Of a DNA stretch of 40,582 bases, positions 1 through 7,851 are shown piece by piece. Below the pieces are notes generated by a model, which saw only the letters and a list, made by a program, of their open reading frames with translations, did no database searches and was not told where the DNA came from. The stretch is from Candidatus Eiseniibacteriota bacterium (GTDB taxonomy: Bacteria; Eisenbacteria; RBG-16-71-46; DASYSL01), in NCBI GenBank assembly GCA_031431875.1, contig JANPEF010000058.1:1-40582 (forward strand), in the 5' to 3' direction. The position numbers were made by a program, and so were the translations under genes. Each line of letters starts with the position of its first letter. The stretch's first letter is position 1.

Positions 1-997
1 TGACCGGTGCGCCATAACGCAGCTGCCCCGGCGCGGCGACCGGGCGAGCTGCAGGCGGCGGCAGAGCGGCGGCCGCGACGGCCGAGACCGCCGGACGCCC
101 GGCGAGCGCACTGGCGGCGGGCGGGCCGGGCGTGGGGAAGCCGTGCAACGGAGGCGGCGCGGGGATCGGGCCGGAGCCACCGAGGACGCTCTGGAACGAG
201 AAGTCATCGCTCACCGCGTGCACGTGCTCGGGTCGCACCGGGCGCGTGCTTGCGACGTATGCGTTCACCATCGACTGGCTGGCGACGATGTTGATCTCGC
301 GGGGGATGCCGTTGGTCAGCCGATGCACGGCCTGACAGCTGTCGTCGGGAAAGATGCGCTCGGGCTCGCCACCGGCGACGCGCAGGCGGTGGTGGATGTA
401 GCGCGTGCATTCCTCGACCGACAGTGGGTTGAGGCGGTACTTGACCGAGATGCGCTGGCGCAGCTGGCGCAGCTCGGGGCGCGCCAGTTTCTCCTCGAGT
501 TCGGGCTGGCCGACGAGGCAGATGTGGAGCAGGCGGCCGCCGCGATCCTCGAGGTTTGACAGCAGGCGCACTTCCTCGAGCAACTCGTGCGACAGGTTCT
601 GCGCCTCGTCGACGATCAGGATGCAGGGTTCGCCGTGGCCGACGTGCAGCGCGAGGCGATGCTCGAGCGCGGCGAGCAAGGCGGGCTTCGACGGCTGCGA
701 CGGCGGCTCGACGCCGAAGCGGCGCGCGATCTCCTCGAGCAGCTCGAGACGTGTCAGCGCGGAGTTGTTGATCAGCGCGACGTGCGTCGTCTGCGGCAGG
801 CGGCTGACCAGGTCGTAGATCGCCGTGGTCTTGCCCGTGCCGACCTCGCCGGTGACGAGGACGAATGCTTCGCGGTTCTGGATCCCGTAGCGAAAGTGGG
901 CGACGGCCTCGAGGTGCTCGGGGCTCGGATAGACGAACCGCGAATCGTGACCGGTCGAGAAGGGGTTTTCGCGCAGCCCGAAGTGGGGCTCGAACAT
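1..997 (-). CDS. ExeA/GspA-family AAA ATPase (partial; runs off the left edge)
   Basis: Missing from the ORF track because it has no stop in the window. Hand translation from ATG at 997 (GGAG upstream) gives MFEPHFGLRENPFSTGHDSRFVYPSPEHLEAVAHFRYGIQNREAFVLVTGEVGTGKTT (Walker A), LIVDEAQNL (Walker B), LVGQPEL, LRQLRQRI and GIPREINIV, all typical of the ExeA family. A Pro/Ala-rich linker follows. Confidence 0.9.
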   Translation of the reverse strand, partial: MFEPHFGLRENPFSTGHDSRFVYPSPEHLEAVAHFRYGIQNREAFVLVTGEVGTGKTTAIYDLVSRLPQTTHVALINNSALTRLELLEEIARRFGVEPPSQPSKPALLAALEHRLALHVGHGEPCILIVDEAQNLSHELLEEVRLLSNLEDRGGRLLHICLVGQPELEEKLARPELRQLRQRISVKYRLNPLSVEECTRYIHHRLRVAGGEPERIFPDDSCQAVHRLTNGIPREINIVASQSMVNAYVASTRPVRPEHVHAVSDDFSFQSVLGGSGPIPAPPPLHGFPTPGPPAASALAGRPAVSAVAAAALPPPAARPVAAPGQLRYGAPV

Positions 998-1172
998 GGA
1001 ATCTCCATCCGCGGGTCGAGGGGCGACATCCCTGTGATCGGCAGCCCGGCCGTGCCCCTGAAGCGAGACGCCCCCGGGGATCGGCCGGGGGGCGCCGGAC
1101 GATTTCCATGATAGTCGTTGCGGGGCGGCCCCGGCTAGGGCCTCGGGCACCAGTGCCTCGGGCTCCAGTCCC

Positions 1173-1769
1173 TCAGGCGGGGGTCGAAGCGAGAATCGAG
1201 CGCCCCTCGGGCGTCGCCTGCAGCAGTTCCTCGAGCGTGAAGCAGGCGATCAGCGTCACGCCCTCGGCAGCGAGCGCCTCGCGACCCCCGGCATGGCGGT
1301 CGACCACGCACCACGCCTGCTCGACGATCGCCCCGGCCTCGCGAGCCGCATGGACCGCGGCGAGTGCCGATTCACCGCTGGTGCAGACGTCTTCAACGAC
1401 CAGCGCGCGCGCTCCCTTGCTCAGGTTGCCTTCGATCAGGTTGCCGGCGCCGTGCGCCTTCTGGGCCTTCCGGACGAGGAACGCCTCGAGGCTCGCCCCG
1501 CGCGCCAGAGCCTCGAGTGCGAACGCGACGACGATCGGATCGGCGCCCAGGGTGAGGCCGCCGACCGCGGTGATGCGGCCCACCGCCAGGTCGGGCGCGT
1601 AGCGGGCCTCGAGCAGCCGGCCGATGGCGCGGGCCCCGGCGGGATCGAGGCTGGTCTTTCGGACGTCGACGTAGAAGCGGCTCCTCGCCCCCGAGGCGAG
1701 CGTGAAGTCGCCGAAGCGCAGCGAACGCGCCAGCAGGATCGAGAGCAGCCGATCACGGGTCGGATTCAT
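1173..1769 (-). CDS. pyrE: Orotate phosphoribosyltransferase
   Basis: Motifs FGDFTLASGARSRFYVD, GGLTLGADP, VRKAQKAHG and the PRPP-binding VVEDVCTSGES. Start set at ATG 1769 (198 aa). Confidence 0.95.
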   Translation of the reverse strand: MNPTRDRLLSILLARSLRFGDFTLASGARSRFYVDVRKTSLDPAGARAIGRLLEARYAPDLAVGRITAVGGLTLGADPIVVAFALEALARGASLEAFLVRKAQKAHGAGNLIEGNLSKGARALVVEDVCTSGESALAAVHAAREAGAIVEQAWCVVDRHAGGREALAAEGVTLIACFTLEELLQATPEGRSILASTPA

Positions 1770-1775
1770 GGCCGC

Positions 1776-1804
1776 AATGTGCCCCCGGCCCGGGGGGCTG
1801 TCAA
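1776..1804 (-). promoter_or_regulatory. sigma70-type promoter of pyrE (probably leaderless)
   Basis: The minus strand reads TTGACA-17 bp-CACATT-6 nt-ATG, with no Shine-Dalgarno sequence. Confidence 0.6.
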
Positions 1805-1839
1805 GCGAGCCCCCGCGCGAGCCGGCCCATCGGTCCGCC

Positions 1840-1868
1840 TTGACCGGGGGGGCGGCCACGCCTACCCT
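1840..1868 (+). promoter_or_regulatory. sigma70-type promoter of the S8 protease gene
   Basis: TTGACC (1840-1845)-17 bp-TACCCT (1863-1868), back to back with the pyrE promoter. Confidence 0.55.
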
Positions 1869-1915
1869 TGGGAAGTCGTATGTCGGGCTCCCCACCTCAT
1901 CTCGGAGATCGCGCC

Positions 1916-4900
1916 ATGCTCGGGCACGCCCGCCCTCGTCCCATCCGGTTCGTGCCGTCGCCCGCGTTCCTCGCGACCCTGCTTCTCGGTGCGCTCGCCG
2001 GTGGCGGGGCCGACCCGGTGGCCGCCCAGGTGCGCGCCCGCGTCCTCGACCTTCCGCTCTACGAGCCCGCGCAGGGCAGGACCGCGCTCCCGGCCTACCA
2101 TCCGCAGAAGCTCGTGCTCGAACTTGGCCCCGACGCCCCGCGGCCGGGCTTCGGTTCGTCGTTCCGCCCCGAGGGAGTGCCGCAGCGGCTCTCCGCCAGC
2201 GGGCTCGGCGCGCTCGATGCGCTCAATTCCATGCACGCGGTGACCGTGTTCACCCCCATGTTTCCCATGGCGACGCTGCCGGCTGTCGGCAGCGGCGACG
2301 AGGACCTCACGCGCTGGTACATCGTCGAGTTCCCCGCCGGCGTGTCGCTGGCCCAGGCGCTCGTCGAATACGCAGACGTGCCCGGCGTGGTGGGCGCCGA
2401 GCCGGTGCCGCTGCAGGCCGTGAGCTACACCCCGAACGACCCGCAGCGCTTCAACCAGTGGCACCACACGACGAGCGCAGTGTACGACGCGTGGGACCTG
2501 GCGCAGGGCGACACGTCGATCGTGATCGCGATCGTCGACACCGGCGTGCAGTACAACCACTCCGATCTCGGCGGTACGGCGGCGCCGTACACCGCCGGCG
2601 TCATCTGGCACAACTGGGCCGAGATGGGCGGCACGCCCGGCTTCGACGACGACTCGAACGGCTTCGTCGACGATTTCCGTGGCTGGGATTTCGTCTCCTC
2701 GGCGCTCGGTGCGGTGGGCGAGGACCTGGCGACGGCCGACAACGATCCGAAGGACTTCAACGGGCACGGCACGTTCTGCTCCGGCATGGCGAGCGGGCGC
2801 ACCGACAATGGCGTGGGTATCGCGGGCACCGCATTCAAGGCGAAGATCATGCCCTTGCGCGTCGGCTGGTCGAACGCCATGGGCACGGGCCTGGTCGACA
2901 TGGTGTTCTGCGCGCAGGCCATCAACTACGCGGCGGCCAGGGGCGCGAAGGTGATCAACTGCTCGTGGTCGAACAGCAACCTGCCGTCGCTCGTCTCGGC
3001 CGTCACCGCGGCAATCAACGCGGGCGCGACCGTGTGCGTCGCCGCGGGCAACGATGGGGTGGAGAACCCCCCGCAGAACTACCTGGCGACGCGCGGCGAC
3101 TGCGTGGACGTGGGAGCGACCGACCTCAACGACCAGCGCGCCGGGTTCTCGAACTACGGCACCTGGGTCGACGTCTCGGCCGCCGGCTCGAGCGTCTACA
3201 GCACGTTCTCCAGCGCCTACACCCCGACCTACGCGACCGGCAGCGGCACGTCGTTCTCATCGCCGTTCGTTGCCGGCGCCGTCGCGCTCTACCAGGGCTG
3301 GCGCCGGTCGGAGGGCAAGCCGTTCGCCACCCCCGCCGAGGTGCTCCTGCGCCTGCGCGACACGGGCGACGACATCGACGCCATCAACGGCGGCTACGCC
3401 GGCCTGATCGGCTCGCGGCTCAACGTCGCGCGCCTGATCACCGACCCGCCGACGTCATGGGCGCGCACCGGCGTCGGCGCGTTCAACACGTCGCCCGCGC
3501 TGGTCGATCTCGACGGCGACGGCGACGAGGAGATCGTCATCGGCGGCACCGACCAGAAGCTCATCGCGGTGAACGGCGCTGCCGGCGACACGCTGCCCGG
3601 CTTCCCGGTGGCGGTGATTGGCGCGATCAACTCGAGCCCGGCCGTGTGGGACGTCGACCTCGATGGCGAGCCCGAGATCCTCTTCGGCACGAACCAGGGC
3701 CGGCTCTACGCGGTCAACGGTGACGGCACGATCGTGCCCGGCTACCCGGTGCTCCTCGCGGGCGACCTGCGCGCGGGGCCCGTCGTCGGCGACATCGACG
3801 GCACGAACCTCGGCTTCGAGTGCGTCATCGGCTCGGCGACCGGGCAGATCTGGGTGCTCGATCGCGCCGGGGTCGTGCGGCCGGGCTGGCCGCAGGCTGC
3901 GCGCGCCGGCATCTACGCCACGCCCGCGTTGCACGACTTCGACAGCAACGGCTGGTCGGACATCGTCGTCGGGTCGTACGACTCGACGCTGTACGCGTGG
4001 CACGGCGACGGCACTTCGCGAACGGGCTGGCCGATCGCGTTGCCCAATCGCATCCTCTCGTCGGCGGCGATCGGCGACATCGATCGCGACGGCGCGGCCG
4101 ATGTCGTGGTCGGTTGCTTCGACGAGAAGGTGTACGCCTTCCGCGCCAATGGCACGCCGCTGGTTGGCTGGCCGGCGACGGTGGCCGGTGCGGTGCGCTC
4201 CTCGCCGGCGCTTGCCGACCTGGCGGGCAACGACGGCTGGCTCGAGGTGGCGGTCGCCTCGGACGGGCCCACGCTCACGGTGTTCAACTCGGAGGGCACG
4301 TTCGCTTCGGGCTGGCCGCAGGCACTGACCGGCAGCGTGGTCGGCGGGGTCGTCATCGGTGATGTCGACGACGACGGGATGCTCGATATCGTGGTCGGCG
4401 GGCTCGACAAGTCGATCTCGATCTTCCGCGCATCGGGACAGCCGAAGATCGGCTGGCCGCGCTTCTACGAAGGCGTGATCAGCGGCACGCCTTCGCTCGC
4501 CGACGTCGACGACGACGACCGGCTCGAGATCGTCTTCGGCACCGAGACCAGGCGCCTGCGCGCCGTCGACATGGGGCAGGGCACGTGGAACGCGGCGCTC
4601 ATGCCGTGGCCCACGCTCCATCGCGACTACCTGCGGCGCGGTTCCGTCTCGGCGTCGCTGGTCGACGTCGCCCCCGGGGCGGGCCTGGTCGCCGGCGGTG
4701 CGCGCACGATCGCGCTGCGCGCCGCGCCGAATCCCGCGGCCGGCACCATGCGCCTCACCCTGCGTCGCGCGGTCGTGTCGCACGATGCCGGTGGCGACGG
4801 CGTGCGTCTCTTCGACGTGAGCGGGCGTCTGGTGCGCGAACTCGATCTCCTAGCCGGGGCGGCGGATGCGGCCGAGACGTCGGTGGCCTGGGACGGCGCA

Positions 4901-4996
4901 GATCGACACGGGCGCCCGATGCCGGCCGGCCTCTACTTCGCGCAGGCGCGCTGGGGTGGACGCGAGGCGTCGCTGCGGCTGGTGCGCGTGCCGTAG
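1916..4996 (+). CDS. Secreted S8 (subtilisin-family) serine protease with FG-GAP/VCBS-like repeats and C-terminal FlgD-Ig/T9SS-like sorting domain
   Basis: Has a signal-peptide-like N-terminus and catalytic motifs IAIVDTG (Asp), NGHGTFCSG (His), AAGN (oxyanion Asn) and GTSFSSP (Ser). Eight D-x-D-x-D-G-type repeats follow, then the tail APNP...LFDVSGRLVREL...WDG.D..G.....GLYF. GGAG precedes ATG 1916; ATG 1880 is an alternative start. Confidence 0.9.
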   Translation: MLGHARPRPIRFVPSPAFLATLLLGALAGGGADPVAAQVRARVLDLPLYEPAQGRTALPAYHPQKLVLELGPDAPRPGFGSSFRPEGVPQRLSASGLGALDALNSMHAVTVFTPMFPMATLPAVGSGDEDLTRWYIVEFPAGVSLAQALVEYADVPGVVGAEPVPLQAVSYTPNDPQRFNQWHHTTSAVYDAWDLAQGDTSIVIAIVDTGVQYNHSDLGGTAAPYTAGVIWHNWAEMGGTPGFDDDSNGFVDDFRGWDFVSSALGAVGEDLATADNDPKDFNGHGTFCSGMASGRTDNGVGIAGTAFKAKIMPLRVGWSNAMGTGLVDMVFCAQAINYAAARGAKVINCSWSNSNLPSLVSAVTAAINAGATVCVAAGNDGVENPPQNYLATRGDCVDVGATDLNDQRAGFSNYGTWVDVSAAGSSVYSTFSSAYTPTYATGSGTSFSSPFVAGAVALYQGWRRSEGKPFATPAEVLLRLRDTGDDIDAINGGYAGLIGSRLNVARLITDPPTSWARTGVGAFNTSPALVDLDGDGDEEIVIGGTDQKLIAVNGAAGDTLPGFPVAVIGAINSSPAVWDVDLDGEPEILFGTNQGRLYAVNGDGTIVPGYPVLLAGDLRAGPVVGDIDGTNLGFECVIGSATGQIWVLDRAGVVRPGWPQAARAGIYATPALHDFDSNGWSDIVVGSYDSTLYAWHGDGTSRTGWPIALPNRILSSAAIGDIDRDGAADVVVGCFDEKVYAFRANGTPLVGWPATVAGAVRSSPALADLAGNDGWLEVAVASDGPTLTVFNSEGTFASGWPQALTGSVVGGVVIGDVDDDGMLDIVVGGLDKSISIFRASGQPKIGWPRFYEGVISGTPSLADVDDDDRLEIVFGTETRRLRAVDMGQGTWNAALMPWPTLHRDYLRRGSVSASLVDVAPGAGLVAGGARTIALRAAPNPAAGTMRLTLRRAVVSHDAGGDGVRLFDVSGRLVRELDLLAGAADAAETSVAWDGADRHGRPMPAGLYFAQARWGGREASLRLVRVP

Positions 4997-5025
4997 TCGG
5001 GAGACTCTTCGGATGCGAAATGCGA

Positions 5026-5057
5026 ACGGGGAGGCCGAATCCATCCGGCCTCCCCGT
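5026..5057. terminator. Hairpin between convergent genes, probable intrinsic terminator
   Basis: Perfect 12-bp stem ACGGGGAGGCCG / CGGCCTCCCCGT with an 8-nt loop, between the stops at 4996 (+) and 5110 (-). Only a weak U-tract follows, on the minus strand. Confidence 0.65.
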
Positions 5058-5109
5058 CGTCGTTCGCGCGCCCCGTCCGTGGGCCGCGCCGTGCTCTCGC
5101 TTTGCGGTT

Positions 5110-5574
5110 CTAGCGGGCGGGCTTCCGCTCGATGCCCGGCTCCTCGCCCACCTCCGGTGCTGCGGCGGACGAGATGCCATTGCCCACGTACGCCGCACCG
5201 GACGAGCTGCTCCGGTTGGCGCTCAGGTCGACGGCCTTCACGCGGTACCAGGTGGCCTGCTCGGACGGCTCGTCGACCGAGTATTCGGAGGCGGAGACCG
5301 TCGCGCTGTTGACCTTGATGTAGGCGCTCTCGCGCGCCGGATCCGGGTCATAGCGGAAGACGTCGTAGCCGACGACGTCCGCCTCGGTGCTGGCATCCCA
5401 GTCGAGGAGGACGCTCGGGCCGCGCGCCTCGGTGCGGATGTTGACCGGCGCCGACGGCGGGGCCGTGTCGACATTCTGGTTGAGGGTCGAGAGCGTGTCT
5501 TCGGCGGCGCAGCCCGTGAGGGCGAACGTGGCGAGCGTGACGGCAACGACGGCAACGGAGCGGCGGAGAACCAT
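5110..5574 (-). CDS. Lipoprotein with a fibronectin type III-like domain
   Basis: GGGAGG RBS, then MVLRRSVAVVAVTLATFALTG-C (lipobox). Fn3 pattern DTAPPSAPVNI...VLLDWDAS.E.DVVGYDVFR...WYRVKAVDLSANRS. 154 aa. Confidence 0.8.
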   Translation of the reverse strand: MVLRRSVAVVAVTLATFALTGCAAEDTLSTLNQNVDTAPPSAPVNIRTEARGPSVLLDWDASTEADVVGYDVFRYDPDPARESAYIKVNSATVSASEYSVDEPSEQATWYRVKAVDLSANRSSSSGAAYVGNGISSAAAPEVGEEPGIERKPAR

Positions 5575-5672
5575 GACGGGCGAACCTCCCTGTAGGGTGA
5601 CGCGATCCTTCGCACGGATGACGTGCAAGCGACGGCGATCCCCGCTTCGGGGGAATCACGCAGGCGTCCGGC

Positions 5673-5687
5673 GCAAGGGGCGTGCCA
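5673..5687 (-). promoter_or_regulatory. sigma54 (RpoN) -24/-12 promoter of the lipoprotein gene
   Basis: The minus strand reads TGGCACGCCCCTTGC, an exact match to TGGCAC-N5-TTGC, correctly oriented ~100 bp upstream of ATG 5574. Confidence 0.75.
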
Positions 5688-5760
5688 TGTCGGCCGAAGG
5701 CCAGGTCTTCCTCGGGGCGTGACCGCCCGCCGGGGAAGGGACCCGCAGCGCGAGGCCGCG

Positions 5761-5779
5761 GTGTCGCAGGCTGCAACAC
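5761..5779. promoter_or_regulatory. Palindromic candidate enhancer-binding-protein site (UAS)
   Basis: GTGTCGCAG-G-CTGCAACAC is an inverted repeat with one mismatch (TGT-N11-ACA), ~100-118 bp upstream of the predicted sigma54 start. A 16/20-identical copy lies at 5885-5904. Confidence 0.5.
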
Positions 5780-5922
5780 GTCGGGACCTGAATCGGGAAC
5801 CGTGCACCGGGGTTCATCGATGGGTCGGTGGGGGCGATTGGGAGCTCGCGGGAATCGTGCGGCCTGCACGAAAGCGCGTCGCACGCCTCGCACGATGCAA
5901 CACGATCGATCGGCCGGCCGCC

Positions 5923-5951
5923 TTGACCCTGCACAGGCCTGCGGTTAGGGT
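5923..5951 (+). promoter_or_regulatory. sigma70-type promoter of the M23-dnaE-accA unit (probably leaderless)
   Basis: TTGACC (5923-5928)-17 bp-TAGGGT (5946-5951)-6 nt-ATG 5958. Confidence 0.6.
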
Positions 5952-5957
5952 CGAACC

Positions 5958-7844
5958 ATGCGACGGATCGCGCAGCCCGGCATGAACTTGGCGATGATGG
6001 TGACCCTTCTCGCCCCGCTCGAGCCGTTTCCCGGGCTGACCTCGGGATTCGGTGAGTACCGCGAGGGCGGCCGCTTCCATGCCGGGCTCGACTACTCGAC
6101 CGGCGGGCACACCGGCGCCGTCGTGCGCGCAGTGGCCGACGGCTGGGTCGAGCGCGTGCGCACCTCGGGCGTCGGCTACGGGCGGTCGCTGTACCTGCGC
6201 CTGGCCGACGGTCGCACCGCGGTCTACGGCCACCTCGATCGCTTCGCCCCGGCGCTCGAGGCGTACGTCGCGGCGCGGCAGGACTCGAGTGGCAACTACG
6301 AGCAGGACCTGTGGCCGCGCGCCGGCGCCCTGCGCTTTCGCGCCGGCGAGACGATCGCGTGGAGCGGACAGACCGGCGCCGGACCGCCGCACCTGCATTT
6401 CGAGCTGCGCCGCGGCGACCTGAACCTCCATCCCATGAAGCAGGGCATCGCCATCGCCGATCGTACGCCGCCGTCGATCGCGGCGGTGACCTGTACCCCG
6501 GCGGAGCCGGGGGCGCGCGTCGGCGAGAGATTCGACTCCTGGCGAGGGGAGTTTCAGGGGACGAAGGCGCTCTCCGGCCCGACCGTCCGCGGGCCGTTCT
6601 TCCTCGGCCTCGATACGTGGGATCAGATCGGGTCGCGAAGCAATCATCTCGCCACCTATCGCCTGCGCGTCGAACTCGATGGGCGCCCGGCCTACGAGGC
6701 GGTGCTCGACTCGGTGAGCTGGGACGACATGGCGATCGCGGACCGCGTATTCGAACTCGCGACAACGCGGGCGGGGATGTCCGATCGGCGAAGCCTGCAG
6801 TCGATTCCCGGCGACCGCTCGGGCGTGGTGCGCCGCGGATCCCCGCGCTGGGAACTGGCGCCTGGCCCGCACGTCCTGCGCTTCCTCGCCGAGGACGAGG
6901 CGGGCAACCGCACGACGCGCACGCTCGAGATCCGCGCCATCGGCGCGAGGGATCCGCGATCCGCCATCGCACCGGCGCCGGGCGCGTCGGCGATGGTGGC
7001 ATCAGGCGATGCGACAAGTCCCCGCCTCGTGCCGCGTGGGCGCGGGGCGATCGTCGTCGCCGGCCGCGACGCGGGGCGCCCGCCGTTCGCACGCTGGCCC
7101 GAGCTCACGATCGTCGATTCGCTCGTCGCGGCAAACGGCGGGTCATGGGCGGTGACCACGGCCCACGCGCCCGGCGCCGGGCCCGGTGCGTCGGGCCTGT
7201 TCGTCGCCGGCGGGGGTGCGGGCACGCTCACGCTCGCGCCCGGCATCCGCCTCTCGTGGTCGGCGGAAGCGTTCTACGAGCCGGTTGCGCTCGTCGTCGC
7301 GGCGGAGCCGGCCGTCGCCGATCCGGTCCTCCCGGCCGCCCTGCCGACCATGCTCCGCCTCGAGTCGGCGGATCTTGCGCTCGCCCGCCCGGTGCGCCTT
7401 TCGTGGCAGCCGGCCGAGTTGGCGGGGAGGGCCGTGCCGCGCGTCGGGTTGTTCCGTCGCAGCGGGCCGAGCTGGAGCTTCCTTGCTGGACGCGACTCGA
7501 GCGGGGCGTGGAGCGCATCGACCCGGCGTCTCGGCACGTTTGCGCTGCTGGCGGACACGACGGCCCCGCACATCGTCCCACCGCGGGAGTACGTTGCGCG
7601 TGTGGGCAGCATCGCGCCCGCGCTCTCCTTCGGCTTGACCGATCGCGGGGCGGGGCTCGTCGCCGCCGAGCAGCGCATGCTCGTCGACGGCCGACGCGTG
7701 CCCGCCGAGTACGATCCCGATGCGGATCGGCTCACCTGGCGGCCCCGCGCACCGCTCGCGGCGGGGGCGCACCAGGTCGTCGTCGAAGCGGTGGATGCGC
7801 TGGGGAATCGCGCTTCCGTCCGCCTGCCCGTGGAGGTACGGTAA
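5958..7844 (+). CDS. M23-family metallopeptidase with C-terminal Ig-like extension
   Basis: Motifs TSGFGEYR..RFHAGLD (HxxxD), GYGRSLYL, YGHL and GQTG.GPPHLHFELR (HxH). C-terminal DTTAP...EAVDALGNRA Ig-like module. ATG 5982 is an alternative start. Confidence 0.85.
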   Translation: MRRIAQPGMNLAMMVTLLAPLEPFPGLTSGFGEYREGGRFHAGLDYSTGGHTGAVVRAVADGWVERVRTSGVGYGRSLYLRLADGRTAVYGHLDRFAPALEAYVAARQDSSGNYEQDLWPRAGALRFRAGETIAWSGQTGAGPPHLHFELRRGDLNLHPMKQGIAIADRTPPSIAAVTCTPAEPGARVGERFDSWRGEFQGTKALSGPTVRGPFFLGLDTWDQIGSRSNHLATYRLRVELDGRPAYEAVLDSVSWDDMAIADRVFELATTRAGMSDRRSLQSIPGDRSGVVRRGSPRWELAPGPHVLRFLAEDEAGNRTTRTLEIRAIGARDPRSAIAPAPGASAMVASGDATSPRLVPRGRGAIVVAGRDAGRPPFARWPELTIVDSLVAANGGSWAVTTAHAPGAGPGASGLFVAGGGAGTLTLAPGIRLSWSAEAFYEPVALVVAAEPAVADPVLPAALPTMLRLESADLALARPVRLSWQPAELAGRAVPRVGLFRRSGPSWSFLAGRDSSGAWSASTRRLGTFALLADTTAPHIVPPREYVARVGSIAPALSFGLTDRGAGLVAAEQRMLVDGRRVPAEYDPDADRLTWRPRAPLAAGAHQVVVEAVDALGNRASVRLPVEVR

Positions 7845-7851
7845 CGCGGCC

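Noticed and set aside
1141..1176. 15-bp near-tandem repeat CCTCGGGCACCAGTG / CCTCGGGCTCCAGTC after the pyrE stop
   Set aside because: There are only two imperfect copies with no spacers and no cas genes, so it is not CRISPR, and no function is supportable.
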